Numbered from the stretch's first letter, positions 31,050 to 41,866 are shown. The stretch is 64,000 bases of DNA from Candidatus Bathyarchaeota archaeon (GCA_963826715.1 CAWGYA010000008.1:544001-608000); one strand, 5' to 3'. Numbers and translations: made by a program. Notes: generated from the letters alone by a model not told the origin.

Positions 31050-31526
31050 CTACGATATCAACCCGTCAATGTCAAGACGCGATTTTTGTCTCAGATAAAT
31101 CACTGGCACACTTATATCTCTTAGCCTCTGTCGAAGGTCTCTATCATTCGTAAACACGACTGCACTCCAATTTTTTGCTATTCTCATGATAACATCATCA
31201 GCAGTTTCATCAAAAGTTTCCACAGCCACAAAACTGCATTTTTCAACCAACCGCATCGCAAAACTAGCCTGGCGACGAAGCTTCTGGTCTTTACGACCTG
31301 CAAGCAACTCTAGCTCGCGCTTAATAGGGGAAAGCAGGATGAACTCCACGTTTCTGCCCAATATCCTAAGGGTTTCCTCAAAGATATCCAGTTTAAATTC
31401 TAGGGGTATGAATAACGCATTTGTATCTAAAATGACCTTGAGGGATTTTTTTTTATTCGAAGATGTCACGATGGTCGCGCTCATATTTATGTTGTTTCTG
31501 CACTTTAAGATTTGCCACTTGAGCAT
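31050..31526 (-). CDS. PIN-domain protein (Fcf1/Utp24-like)
   Basis: VILDTN, ADD, TND..L, YLRQK; conserved operon position. Confidence 0.88.
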   Translation of the reverse strand: MLKWQILKCRNNINMSATIVTSSNKKKSLKVILDTNALFIPLEFKLDIFEETLRILGRNVEFILLSPIKRELELLAGRKDQKLRRQASFAMRLVEKCSFVAVETFDETADDVIMRIAKNWSAVVFTNDRDLRQRLRDISVPVIYLRQKSRLDIDGLIS

Positions 31527-31597
31527 TTCAATTCTCTAAGTTACTATTAATTTAAATATGAAGACTTATTGAACTTGGACAGAATAGGTGAGAAGTA

Positions 31598-32029
31598 GTG
31601 CTTCGTGAGAAATCCTGTGGCGCCGTCGTTTATATTAACAATCAAGAGAGAACCAGGTATTTGCTTCTCAACTATGCAGCAAGGCACTGGGACTTCGTGA
31701 AGGGAAATGTAGAGATAAATGAAACCGAACAGCAAACGGTAACTCGGGAGCTACAGGAGGAAACAGGCATAACCGACGCTCTTTTTATCAATGGCTTCCG
31801 AGAATCAATCAACTACTTTTATCGGCGGCAAGGTGCAACTGTAAACAAAGAAGTCATCTTCTTCGTTATGGAATCAAGCATAGATAAAGTTGAAATATCT
31901 TTTGAACATGTAGGCTTCATATGGCTCAACTATGAGCAGGCGATTGAAAAATTAACCTTCAAAAACGCAAGAGACATACTCAAAAAGGCACATGAGTTCC
32001 TTCAAAAAAAAGGTTTAGTTAAAGATTAA
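31598..32029 (+). CDS. NUDIX hydrolase (Ap4A hydrolase-like)
   Basis: EKSCGAVV, HWDFVKG, Nudix box RELQEETG, SFEH. Confidence 0.9.
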   Translation: MLREKSCGAVVYINNQERTRYLLLNYAARHWDFVKGNVEINETEQQTVTRELQEETGITDALFINGFRESINYFYRRQGATVNKEVIFFVMESSIDKVEISFEHVGFIWLNYEQAIEKLTFKNARDILKKAHEFLQKKGLVKD

Positions 32030-33276
32030 GCTTGTTTTATAAGACCATACCCGATGAGTCTCCAACGAGCCGTGATTTTTCTGCTTATGGCAACTCTAGA
32101 ATCAGGCAAAGCACAAATTGGACGCGTCAACTTTACTTTAATGACGTTCTGTTTGATGTTGAGGACTTTGCCAACGTTCAAGGCCGCTCCAATATGAAGC
32201 AACAAGGTTTCGTCAGGATTTATTTTCTCGACTTTCTGGAGCTCTTTAGTTCCAACTACCCTCTCCAGTACATAGGTTTCCAAGGTGAGTTCGGTCAAGG
32301 TCGGAGGTAACAGACCAGTCTTACCTGCGATACTACCTGTTAAACCATCCGCTTTAGAATACGAGGGGTCAAGCAGCGTTCCAACGCCTACCAAACCACC
32401 GCAGGTTGCTTCTTTCACGCTCTGCTCGCCTGCGTGGAGACTTACGATTTGACTGATAAGCGGATCATAGACTACACGACCTTCACGCTCCGCCATAATA
32501 CCGGGACGAATTTCGATTTCTTCGCCCACTGCAAACTTACCTTGTGCAATGGTACCACCAATGATGCCACCTTCCAGACCATCAATTGTTGTACCTGGCT
32601 TGTTCACGTCAAAGGAACGAATGATATACATTAGAGGTGGCAGAGTTGGGTCTCTAAATGGAGTGGGAATTATTGTTTGGATAGCATCAAGGAGAACATC
32701 AATGTTTATGCCCCGTTGTGCCGAAATTGGAATAATGGGTGCATTTTCTGCCACAGTACCTTTAACAAAAGCTTTGATTTCATTGTAGCTTTCATGCGCC
32801 CGTTTCTCATCCACGATGTCGATTTTGTTTTGAACTATGATTATATTTTTGATGCCGCTAACTTCCGCAGCTGCAAAGTGTTCTCGAGTCTGTGGTTGTG
32901 GACAGGGCTCATCAGCTGCGATAACAAGAATTGCGCCATCCATAATTGCGGCGCCGGAGAGCATTGTTGCCATCAAAGCCTCATGTCCGGGTGCATCAAC
33001 AAAACTTATGGCGCGAACGAATGTGGCTTCGGAATTGCATTTTTCGCAGTATGGGTGGATAGTGAAGTCTCTTGGAGGAGGACATTCGCACCGGTAGATA
33101 GGCATATCTGCGTAACCAAGTTTTATGGTAATACCTCGTTTGAGTTCTTCACTATGGCGTGAAGCCCAAGTGCCAGTTAAGGCTTGAACAAGTGTAGTTT
33201 TGCCATGATCAACATGTCCAATTGTGCCTATGTTGACTTCTGGCTGTTTCGGTAATGCTTTCATGGAGCTACTCAT
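32026..33276 (-). CDS. eif2g: translation initiation factor aIF2 gamma subunit
   Basis: GHVDHGKT, EELKRGITIKLGY, DAPGH, NKID, RSFDVNKPG, WRLIGYG. Confidence 0.97.
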   Translation of the reverse strand: MSSSMKALPKQPEVNIGTIGHVDHGKTTLVQALTGTWASRHSEELKRGITIKLGYADMPIYRCECPPPRDFTIHPYCEKCNSEATFVRAISFVDAPGHEALMATMLSGAAIMDGAILVIAADEPCPQPQTREHFAAAEVSGIKNIIIVQNKIDIVDEKRAHESYNEIKAFVKGTVAENAPIIPISAQRGINIDVLLDAIQTIIPTPFRDPTLPPLMYIIRSFDVNKPGTTIDGLEGGIIGGTIAQGKFAVGEEIEIRPGIMAEREGRVVYDPLISQIVSLHAGEQSVKEATCGGLVGVGTLLDPSYSKADGLTGSIAGKTGLLPPTLTELTLETYVLERVVGTKELQKVEKINPDETLLLHIGAALNVGKVLNIKQNVIKVKLTRPICALPDSRVAISRKITARWRLIGYGLIKQA

Positions 33277-33384
33277 AGTATTCTTCTTCTTTCCGCTAAA
33301 TACTGGAATTAATAAAAGGAATTAATTATGGAAGTTTATAAGGTTTAAGCGTACATTATAACAAAAAGTGTTATTTTCTGTCGC

Positions 33385-33762
33385 TTAATCTGCTTTTGCA
33401 ACTGCCGTCTGAGCTGGTCTATCGACGATTTTCAGGTTAATCTGCATGATTTCATCAGTAATTACGCTTCCGCGGACAGTTTTTCGTCGACGTTCTCCTT
33501 CACGTTTAGGGTTGAATCCTGCTCCACCGCTAAGAACAACACTTCGACGTACACCACCGTGAACGTTTGGCCTAATTGGAACGCCGTCTTTGTCTGAGCC
33601 TCCCCTGATTTGCACTTTATGTGCTGGCAAATCGACAACTGCACCATCTAATGTTTCGCCCACTTTTCTTCCAATAAACGGGGCTGCGCGTGCTTCTTCT
33701 AGCTCTACTACTTTGGATGTTCCTGTTTGCGGGTCGGACACTATGACCTTAAACTTTGCCAT
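33385..33762 (-). CDS. rps6e: 30S ribosomal protein S6e
   Basis: SDPQTG, GGSDKDG, GERRRKTVRG. Confidence 0.96.
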   Translation of the reverse strand: MAKFKVIVSDPQTGTSKVVELEEARAAPFIGRKVGETLDGAVVDLPAHKVQIRGGSDKDGVPIRPNVHGGVRRSVVLSGGAGFNPKREGERRRKTVRGSVITDEIMQINLKIVDRPAQTAVAKAD

Positions 33763-34292
33763 TTACTGATTAACTCTCCAGCGGATTATGAAGTTGGATC
33801 TCTCTCTATTAAGTATTTATCTCAGAGACCCCACAAATCAACCCAAACCTCTTTTCGAAAATAATTTCAGATGTTAAATTTGATCTTTGAAATTAGTGAA
33901 AACATGCAACACATATCAAGTAGTAGTTTTTGTCATTCTGATCGCTAATTTTGGCTATAGATGTGGTCGGGTTTGTTTTTCTGTAGAGATTGCATTGATT
34001 AGAATGCAAAGTGTGAGATGAAATTTTATGGGAAGGCACTCAGCATCTCAATAGATTTCGTAAATTATGTTTTGGGAATTTCCTGGAGACATTATTCCCT
34101 GCGACCAAATTTGACTCCGATTGAGTGAGTAATGATTTTGTCGAGAATAATGATTCCCGAAAAGTTAACCTACATAAACGGCACCGGGATAATTTCAAAA
34201 CGCATCTTGCAAAGTCCAATAACCAAAGGCAACTTTGAATATTATTTCGGCTTTATCAAAGCTCGCCTCTCTGCGATTGAAACGCCTAAAAA

Positions 34293-35588
34293 TTGATTTC
34301 AAACGTAATTTTATTTGTTGAGGTAAATGTTTTAATCTTTCCTCGGTGTCGTGCAAGGGCTATGTGGCGGCTAGGTTTCTTCTTTCATGAAATGGCTTTC
34401 GGTTTGTTAAGTGTCTTCATACCGCTCTACCTAATCGCCTTCAAAGACACTAGCTCCCTCGGAGGACCTCTGGTTGCTTTAGGCATCATGACCTCTGCAG
34501 CAATATTTTGCTCTATTCCTGCGTCGTTTCTATGGGGTTATCTATGCGATGCTACGCGACACTACAAAGCATTCATTATGCTTTCATTTTTATCATCAGC
34601 GATCCTCTTGTTTTTGATGACTCTACCGTTTGCCCACAACGCCCCATTATTCGTAGTTCTGTACATTGTCATGCAGGTTCTCCACATTGCGCATGAACCA
34701 CCTAAAAATGTCCTAATAACTGAACATTACAGTAGAAATGACTGGGAGAAATCCTTTGGCTTCTATGAGGGAATAACAGAAATCGGCTTCATTTTGGGGT
34801 TGGGTATGGGGTTAGTGTTAACTATAGGGTTGTTCTCTTTTACGGCCGCCCTTAGTGCTGCGGTTCTTGCAACGTACACGCTATATATTTGTAGCGCACT
34901 AAGTTTGGTCGCGTTTATCTTGGCAGTTATCTTGATAGCGGACCCCTTAATGATTTTTGAGCGAAGACTAGTTGGTATCGAAAGAAAAGTCGATTTCACT
35001 TACCGCGGAGCTCAATCTTATGGGCTAAATTGGAAAGGCTCCATTAAAAGGGAAAATTTTGCTGGTTTTGCCTTCGCTATAATAATGTTTTCGTTGGCCA
35101 CAAGTGTCTTCTCGACGCCACTGCCTATATTCATTAACCAAGGCTTAAACCAACCAATATATATGGTCTATGTAGCTTACATACTAACTTCAATTGGAGC
35201 TACAGTTGGCTATTTCTTAATCCGGGGAAAAGCGCACTCTATCGATTTAAGAAAACAGATGCCCCGTTTTGTGCTGTTGCGTGGCTTGCTAATCTTAGGT
35301 TTAGTGGTCGTTGTCTGGCTTGCTTTCGAACCAGTCTTGATGACAGGGATTCTGCTTGTTTTTCTAGGATTCGCATTCGCTATGTACTTCATAATGATGA
35401 TTTCTCGCTCAATGGAACTTATGCCTCAAGGCAAAAGCGGCATCTTTGACGTACTTGTTGGATTAGGCGCAGGAATAGGCTCATTCCTTGGTCCTTTCTT
35501 GGCGTCTAACTTGAACTATCTACCAACCTTTCTAATAGCAGCAGTTGTATTCTTGGCGGCATTCATAAGCTTCAAAGTTTCTTCTTAA
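34293..35588 (+). CDS. MFS transporter
   Basis: ~12 hydrophobic segments, WGYLCD loop motif. Start probably ~34362. Confidence 0.85.
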   Translation: MISNVILFVEVNVLIFPRCRARAMWRLGFFFHEMAFGLLSVFIPLYLIAFKDTSSLGGPLVALGIMTSAAIFCSIPASFLWGYLCDATRHYKAFIMLSFLSSAILLFLMTLPFAHNAPLFVVLYIVMQVLHIAHEPPKNVLITEHYSRNDWEKSFGFYEGITEIGFILGLGMGLVLTIGLFSFTAALSAAVLATYTLYICSALSLVAFILAVILIADPLMIFERRLVGIERKVDFTYRGAQSYGLNWKGSIKRENFAGFAFAIIMFSLATSVFSTPLPIFINQGLNQPIYMVYVAYILTSIGATVGYFLIRGKAHSIDLRKQMPRFVLLRGLLILGLVVVVWLAFEPVLMTGILLVFLGFAFAMYFIMMISRSMELMPQGKSGIFDVLVGLGAGIGSFLGPFLASNLNYLPTFLIAAVVFLAAFISFKVSS

Positions 35589-36204
35589 CAAAAAACAAAA
35601 ATCCTTATTATTTCATATACAATTGAGTGGCCACATCTGCCTACAAACTATATTTGACGTGCTGGTAAAATGCTCTTTAGATTTTTCCAAACGATTCCAC
35701 TGATAGTGCCTTCTACCCAGGAATTGATTTACAAATTATTTGGTATATCCTTCAAACCCGCAACTTCGTTTCCTTCCCTAACCTAACGATTTACCGATTA
35801 AGGTGAGATGTTTGAATTTCCTTTTTTATCAAAATTTATTTTGGTAAAATGATCAATAATATCACTATAATCGATATTACATTATTCTTAAACGTAAATA
35901 AAGTGGGACTCTATAGATGTTCATCTCTTAGTTGCTCCAATAAATATTGGTTTATATGTTCCCCTTTAGCTGAAACTTCTTTTTTTACTTTTATAAGAAC
36001 AATTTTATTAGAGCATTGTTTTAGGGGTTTCTTTCACTAATGCCTCAAAAATACAAGTATTCCCAGTTGGTTTCTGCATCGCAACTCACGAAAACCATCA
36101 GAGGTGGCGTGATTAATTAAGTATGATACAATCAGTTTCCAGAATATTGCCGACGTGACTTTTAGGGTGGCTTCTGTCCTTGCTCCATAAATCTTTATAT
36201 TTTA

Positions 36205-36432
36205 ATGCTTGTAATTGAATGCTCCATACTCAATAGGAGAACTTTGATGTCTTGGACTGATTGGACAATACTCGGTGCCTTTGTTGGGGGATTTGTGTTG
36301 TTTTTATATGGCGCTAATACTTACAACGCAGTCGTAGGCTACACCGGAGTATACCTCTTTATTGGCTCTATTGCAGCCTACCTTATTATTTTCACATATA
36401 ATGAAGCTACCAAGAAAACAGTGTCTAACTAA
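36205..36432 (+). CDS. small two-TM membrane protein
   Basis: Hydrophobic pair after an AGGAG RBS; start probably 36247. Confidence 0.65.
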   Translation: MLVIECSILNRRTLMSWTDWTILGAFVGGFVLFLYGANTYNAVVGYTGVYLFIGSIAAYLIIFTYNEATKKTVSN

Positions 36433-38036
36433 AAACCGTAAAGTCGCCCATATTTTTCGCTAAGGTAGGCTAAAAATGGTCCAGAATCCAAGTTCCCACC
36501 CGTTGCCAATTTTATAAGTTCTTCAGGATCATAGAGATTGCCTCGGTGGTGAATCTGTTCTTTGAGCCAGTTATTCACGCTTTCCAGTTTTCCCTCAGCA
36601 ATCTCGTCACGCCAATTAGGTAAATCCTTGGTTAGGGCTTGGTTAATTTGTCCGTCATAAATGTTTCCCAGTGCATAGCTTGGGAAATATCCATAGAGAC
36701 CGCTAGCCCAATGCATATCTTGCATAACTCCTTCTGAGTCATTTTCAACTTTAACACCAAGATAGTCAGCATATTTTTGGTTCCAAACGTCTGGCAGCTC
36801 ATCTATCATTATTTTACCTGCCAATAGATCCTGTTCAATCTCGAAGCGAATTATAATATGGATGCTATATGTGACTTCATCAGCCTCTATGCGGATTTTA
36901 GAGCATTTTACCCTGTTTATGGCTTGTATAAACGAGGTTAACTCCAAATTCATGGAAGATGTAACTTGCTCTATTTTCGGAAGGAAGCTTTGCCAGAATT
37001 CTTTAGAGCGCCCAATAACATTTTCGTAGAATCGGGATTGTGATTCGTGAATACCAAATGAACAGGGAGACCCAATAGGCTGGTACTTCCAATCCGCTTT
37101 GAGGTTCTGTTCATAGATGGCGTGTCCCGTTTCATGCAAAACCGAAAACACTGAGCTGACGAAGTTATCGGGGAAGTAGTGGGTAGTAATTCGAACATCA
37201 TCATAGTAACCTGATGTAAAAGGATGTTCGGTTTCATCCACTCTTCCCCCCGCCATATGTGATTTAGTATCGTAGCCTAGCGTATGCGTAATAAGATGAG
37301 TTATTTTGCGTTGAACATCAAGCGACATTGAGCGATTAGTGGTTTCAACGTTGGATTGGCACCGCTCGATTTTTTCTATTATGGACCTAAGTCCAGAAAG
37401 CAGCTGATTGAAAGTTTTAGTTATGGTTTCGGCTGACATATTTGGTTCAAAATTGTCAATTAATGCTTCATAAGGAGTCCTGGTTTTTTTGACCTTCATT
37501 AAGATATCTGCTGCTTCCCTTGTCAAGTCAAGCAGTTTCTGTAAATCTGTCTTGAAGATTCTAAAATCCTTTTTTACTTTTGCCCTCTTCCAAATGTTGA
37601 CGGTTACTGCTTGCTGCATCGCCAACTCACCTATCAACTTCTCAGGCAATGCAGTTTGTTCCTTGTAATTTTTGTCTATAAGGTAAATGTTTCTCTTTTC
37701 GATTTGCCCCAAGTTAGGGTATTGTGGACTATTTTTTATTGCAACTAATAGCTGGCCGATCTCATGGTCCGTACCCAATTTATGATGTAATCGACTAAGT
37801 AAACCTAACTGCTCGCTCCGCTGTTGAACTCCTTTAGGCGGCATCATGGTTTCCATATCCCAGTTGATTATGCCCTCTGCCGTTGAAAGAATGAATACAT
37901 CTTTGGTTTTTGACAAAAGAGCCGTATAAGCAGAATCTTTAGTTTCCCTCAAAACATAAGTCTCCAGCCATGTTTCAAATAAGCTCCCTTTATTTAGCCA
38001 TTTTTGAATGAATATACAGAAAACTATCAGTGCCAT
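36429..38036 (-). CDS. M32 carboxypeptidase (Taq-type)
   Basis: HPF, D(V)RITT, HETGH, HESQ, IRIEAD, GVMQDMHW, GYFPSY. Confidence 0.95.
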   Translation of the reverse strand: MALIVFCIFIQKWLNKGSLFETWLETYVLRETKDSAYTALLSKTKDVFILSTAEGIINWDMETMMPPKGVQQRSEQLGLLSRLHHKLGTDHEIGQLLVAIKNSPQYPNLGQIEKRNIYLIDKNYKEQTALPEKLIGELAMQQAVTVNIWKRAKVKKDFRIFKTDLQKLLDLTREAADILMKVKKTRTPYEALIDNFEPNMSAETITKTFNQLLSGLRSIIEKIERCQSNVETTNRSMSLDVQRKITHLITHTLGYDTKSHMAGGRVDETEHPFTSGYYDDVRITTHYFPDNFVSSVFSVLHETGHAIYEQNLKADWKYQPIGSPCSFGIHESQSRFYENVIGRSKEFWQSFLPKIEQVTSSMNLELTSFIQAINRVKCSKIRIEADEVTYSIHIIIRFEIEQDLLAGKIMIDELPDVWNQKYADYLGVKVENDSEGVMQDMHWASGLYGYFPSYALGNIYDGQINQALTKDLPNWRDEIAEGKLESVNNWLKEQIHHRGNLYDPEELIKLATGGNLDSGPFLAYLSEKYGRLYGF

Positions 38037-38140
38037 ATCGGAGTTTGGCTACCTTAATACATAATCGAAAGCAAGTTATTTATTTGGTTGCAAAAGCTTT
38101 TATTGGTGAAAAAACTGCCTTTTAACGAGGATAATCAAAA

Positions 38141-38818
38141 ATGAGCACTATAGAATCCAGTAAAACGATGGCATTGATTGGCTCCATACTATTGATACTC
38201 AGCTCCGTTGTTCCTTACGGAGGAATCGTTGTAGGCATCATTGGGGTTATTCTCCTACTCATGGCAATCAAAGGTTTTTCGGTTTACTACCGAGACCCTG
38301 AAATGTACCAAAATGCGGTAAAGGGTTTTATATTCTATATAATTGCAGTAATCGCTGCCGGAATAGCAATCATTTTATTGGCTATTGGGATTTTCAGCAT
38401 ACTCTTTGCATTTGTTGGAATAGCTGCCCTAATAGCGGGTATAGTCGTAGCTTTCATATTCTATTTAATGGCTGCACAACGTCTTAGAACAACATTGAAT
38501 GCACTGGCGCAAAGAACGGGCGAACGTAGTTTTGAAACAGCAGGAACACTATTGCGGGTGGGAGCAATACTGAGCATAATAATCATCGGTTTTATCTTGA
38601 TTTTAGTCGCTTGGATATTTGCCGCAATAGGTTTCTTACAAATGAAAACCTCTGGACAACAATCCAACCAACAAAATGAATCTACGCCTCCACCGCCTCC
38701 ACCTCCAACTACTCATACAACTCAGGCAAATCCCTTCTGTCCAAATTGCGGTGCACCCATTAAACCTGGAAGCACTTTCTGTAGCAATTGTGGAAAACCC
38801 CTTAACCAATCCGCCTAA
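38141..38818 (+). CDS. DUF996 membrane protein with a C-terminal Zn ribbon
   Basis: Multiple TMs, F.TAG.L...GA motif, Pro-rich linker, CPNCG...FCSNCG. Confidence 0.8.
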   Translation: MSTIESSKTMALIGSILLILSSVVPYGGIVVGIIGVILLLMAIKGFSVYYRDPEMYQNAVKGFIFYIIAVIAAGIAIILLAIGIFSILFAFVGIAALIAGIVVAFIFYLMAAQRLRTTLNALAQRTGERSFETAGTLLRVGAILSIIIIGFILILVAWIFAAIGFLQMKTSGQQSNQQNESTPPPPPPPTTHTTQANPFCPNCGAPIKPGSTFCSNCGKPLNQSA

Positions 38819-38892
38819 CCTTTTTTTCTTTTGTTGTATCTTCTGTGCAATCACAATAGTTTAAGAACTTAGAAAACGTGCTTTAACTTGAA

Positions 38893-39117
38893 GTGAATGC
38901 TTTGAAACTTTTTTTCAATTACCAAATTAAGGCTAACTCGAACCTTCCAAAATCAGCACCTTTCCCTGAAGAACCACTTGAACAAATGCCAAAGAGTAGG
39001 TTGGTATGCGCAATATGTGGCAAAATTTTTAAAACTCACAGTGAACTCGACAGGCATATGGAGCAGATGCATGGAAACCCAGAAAAAACTCATACTGGAA
39101 GGCACCGCGAAGAATAA
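38893..39117 (+). CDS. small C2H2 zinc-finger protein
   Basis: CAICGKIFKTHSELDRHMEQMH. Confidence 0.7.
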   Translation: MNALKLFFNYQIKANSNLPKSAPFPEEPLEQMPKSRLVCAICGKIFKTHSELDRHMEQMHGNPEKTHTGRHREE

Positions 39118-39127
39118 GCAAAATTAG

Positions 39128-39202
39128 TGCTCCGGCCGGGATTCGGACCCGGGTCGCCGACTCGAAAGGCCGGCATACTTGACCGGACTATACTACCGGA
39201 GC
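39128..39202 (-). tRNA. trnE: tRNA-Glu (anticodon TTC), no intron, CCA not encoded
   Basis: GCTCCGG/CCGGAGC acceptor stem, anticodon arm CCGGC-CTTTCGA-GTCGG, T arm CCGGG-TCCGAAT-CCCGG. Confidence 0.95.
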
Positions 39203-39271
39203 GCAAATGCTGAAAGCACAAGCAGAATACAATTTCCCATGAATAAACCTTACCCTTGCAGAAGATCTCTT

Positions 39272-39820
39272 TTAGCTAATAAGGTTCTTCCGATATGATT
39301 TTTTGGTTGTTTTCGCTTTTGGAGTGAAGAGAAAACCAGTGATTTGCTCGACGAGTTTAGCTTGGTCTCTGCTGATTTTTTCGAGTCCCTCAATTCGTTT
39401 CTCTAAATCGTTGGAAATAATTTTGCCTTCAATACGGTTGGCGCTGCGGAACATGAGCAGCATCTTGAAGACCTCATCGATTGCTTTCTCCTGCTCGCTA
39501 ATTGAGGTGGATTTGGTACCTGCTACAATGGAAAGCAAATCCACGTAGTGTTCTTTAATTTTTAATTCGGCGTTAACGGAGGGGTCGGTTGGGAAGGCAA
39601 TGCTAAGGGGCGTTTGTTTAGCGAGTTCTGCGGCAGTTGGGAAACGGATTATAATATCCCCTCTTATCCAGGAAGCGATGAATTCTGTGACAAATCTCCG
39701 TATATCTTGCTTGGAAAATAGCAGTGAAGGCTCAGTCTTCTCTTCAGGTTTACGTTTGATTCTTACACTGATAATCTTTCTGTCATCCGCGTTATTCGGT
39801 AGTTGATTTGACATTTGCAT
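39272..39820 (-). CDS. hypothetical protein
   Basis: 182-aa ORF with a C-terminal coiled coil; no motif recognised. Confidence 0.6.
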   Translation of the reverse strand: MQMSNQLPNNADDRKIISVRIKRKPEEKTEPSLLFSKQDIRRFVTEFIASWIRGDIIIRFPTAAELAKQTPLSIAFPTDPSVNAELKIKEHYVDLLSIVAGTKSTSISEQEKAIDEVFKMLLMFRSANRIEGKIISNDLEKRIEGLEKISRDQAKLVEQITGFLFTPKAKTTKKSYRKNLIS

Positions 39821-39887
39821 CCTTCCAAATTACAGAGAGCACTATATTATTCTCCTTAGCACTAGTATTTAAGAGACAGCTAGTATT

Positions 39888-41207
39888 TTAGAAGGAAATT
39901 TTTGCGGCTGATGGAATCTTCCCTAAAATCTTGGCGGTTGCCTTTTCTACTTCGGCGCGGTCAGCTTCATTAGTGTAAACTCGGAGAATATTCATGAATC
40001 CTTTGAGAGTTTCAAAAATTTTGGAGCTTTCGCTAAGTCTTTGTAACTTCTTTTCACCTGACTGCCGCGTGAAAGCGGGGATTTCCATTGATTCCATTAA
40101 AACGGCATGATGGTACGGCACAGAGGGGACAGTAGGTACGTCAATAATTACGGATTCCAGCTTTAAACCTGCCTCTTTGGCGATTTCACTTTGCATCTGA
40201 TGCCTATAAGACTCGCGACCAAAGAGATTGGAAATCATTGTGTCTTTCTCGTAGAATGTCCTTTCATAAGCGCATTTAAGCATGCGTCGATTCTCTAAAT
40301 TACCAATAATTTCCTTTGATGCCTTGCATTTTTTAAGCCCCGACCAAACCGTATAGTCATCAAGCAGAAGGTAATCCTCTGGAGTTTTAAACGATGTTAA
40401 ACCAAGTTCCTCATTAGCTTTTTCCATGGCGGACGCCAGCATGATTTGAGCAGCTCTGCCGACTCGATGAAAGTATATGCTTTTGAAGGATTCTATGCGG
40501 GCAATCATGAATGCCTCCAGTGCCGAGAGCGCACCTAGCTCCACCGCCAGGTTTTCACCCATTACATCCAGTGCGTGGATGAGGCGGTACACGTCGATAA
40601 AACCGTATTCAGCACCTGTATGGTATGTGTCACGGACGATGAAGTCCTGTTTGTCAACGTCTACGGCGCTACTGATTATTTGGTCAAGAAATGCGAGGTT
40701 TTTCTTATGTAGTTTTCCAACCGCCAGCCCCGCGACTTCTTTTGGGTTATAACCCAATTTTGAGAGGTTATCGGCTATCACACTATCCTCAATTATCCAT
40801 GCAGTAATGTCCTCATGAGTCTTCTCAAGGTCTTTGATAAGGAGTTGCTCAAAAACGTGGCTGAAGGGGCCGTGTCCACAGTCATGAAGTAAAGCGGAGA
40901 CGCGGCACATGTCTACTTCTTCCTCGCTGACGATTCGAGAAATATTGGGGTTTTCAAGAACCTGCCCTGCAAGGTACATAACCCCGAGACTATGTTCGAA
41001 CCGGGTGTGATTGGCGCCGGGGTATACATACTCTGAGCCAGCAAGCTGCCTTAGCCTCCGCAGCCTCTGCATTGGGTAACTATCGATGATTTTTTTCTCG
41101 GATTCGGTAATATACACGTATCCGTGGACAGGGTCTTTGATTTCACCCCAATAAGCTTTTGGCACAAGTGTTGCCTCAGATGACAGGTTATATTTATGTA
41201 TCTCCAA
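39888..41207 (-). CDS. HD-domain dNTP triphosphohydrolase (SAMHD1/YdhJ-like)
   Basis: DPVHG, QRLRRLRQL, HTRFEHSLG, LLHDCGHGPFSH, DVDKQDF..RD, IYFH. Confidence 0.92.
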   Translation of the reverse strand: MEIHKYNLSSEATLVPKAYWGEIKDPVHGYVYITESEKKIIDSYPMQRLRRLRQLAGSEYVYPGANHTRFEHSLGVMYLAGQVLENPNISRIVSEEEVDMCRVSALLHDCGHGPFSHVFEQLLIKDLEKTHEDITAWIIEDSVIADNLSKLGYNPKEVAGLAVGKLHKKNLAFLDQIISSAVDVDKQDFIVRDTYHTGAEYGFIDVYRLIHALDVMGENLAVELGALSALEAFMIARIESFKSIYFHRVGRAAQIMLASAMEKANEELGLTSFKTPEDYLLLDDYTVWSGLKKCKASKEIIGNLENRRMLKCAYERTFYEKDTMISNLFGRESYRHQMQSEIAKEAGLKLESVIIDVPTVPSVPYHHAVLMESMEIPAFTRQSGEKKLQRLSESSKIFETLKGFMNILRVYTNEADRAEVEKATAKILGKIPSAAKISF

Positions 41208-41227
41208 TTAATGTGTAACGCTAAAAA

Positions 41228-41866
41228 GTGTCGGCGACTGGCATGGTCAAAAAGGGCATATTCCTCGTCATCGAAGGCTTAGATGGAAGCGGTAAAACCA
41301 CACAAGCAGCGCTTTTGGCAGAGAAACTTGCAAAAACCTATGAAGTGCTGCTAACTGCAGAGCCAAGCAGAGGCAAAATTGGATCCTTCATCCGCAACAA
41401 TTGCCTCTATGAGCAATGCCGTCTCCCCACTGAAGCTGAAGCGCTCCTCTTTGCTGCTGACCGCATTGAACACATACAAACCGAACTCAAACCCGCCCTT
41501 GAAGCTAGAAAACTCATAATTTGCGACCGTTATATCTACTCGTCCCTTGCCTATCAGGGCGATGATGACTTAAGTTTAGAGTGGATAAAAACCATTAATG
41601 TCCGAGCTTTAAAGCCAGATTTTAGCTTATTCATCGATGTATCTCCTGAGCGAGTTCTGGAACGATTGCACCGCAAAAAATCGGTAATGGAAACACTTGG
41701 AACCCAGCAGAGAGTCCGCAATGTATACATGCAGTTTGTCAAGAAAGGAGAGCTTATTCGAATCGATGGGGAAAGGGAGAAGATAGTGGTGGCAGATGAA
41801 ATATACTCTAAAGTTATCGAATTACTGGCACCGTTTGAGGATTTTGTGTTGCGCACTAAGCACTAA
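41228..41866 (+). CDS. tmk: thymidylate kinase
   Basis: IEGLDGSGKTT, LLFAADR, DRY..SSLAYQG. Confidence 0.95.
   Translation: MSATGMVKKGIFLVIEGLDGSGKTTQAALLAEKLAKTYEVLLTAEPSRGKIGSFIRNNCLYEQCRLPTEAEALLFAADRIEHIQTELKPALEARKLIICDRYIYSSLAYQGDDDLSLEWIKTINVRALKPDFSLFIDVSPERVLERLHRKKSVMETLGTQQRVRNVYMQFVKKGELIRIDGEREKIVVADEIYSKVIELLAPFEDFVLRTKH

Noticed and set aside
33780-34290. ~500-bp gap between rps6e and the MFS gene
   Set aside because: The frames I translated contain stops, and I recognised no RNA structure or protein motif.
35590-36200. AT-rich gap with a 63-aa ORF
   Set aside because: Possibly a decayed gene, but no family could be recognised and the ORF looks random.
38688-38712. CCTCCA-type short tandem repeat
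   Set aside because: It simply encodes the poly-Pro linker of the DUF996 protein.
39128-39202. tRNA-Glu as the integration site of the element
   Set aside because: No duplicated tRNA fragment was found; the flanking repeat is at UPF0147.
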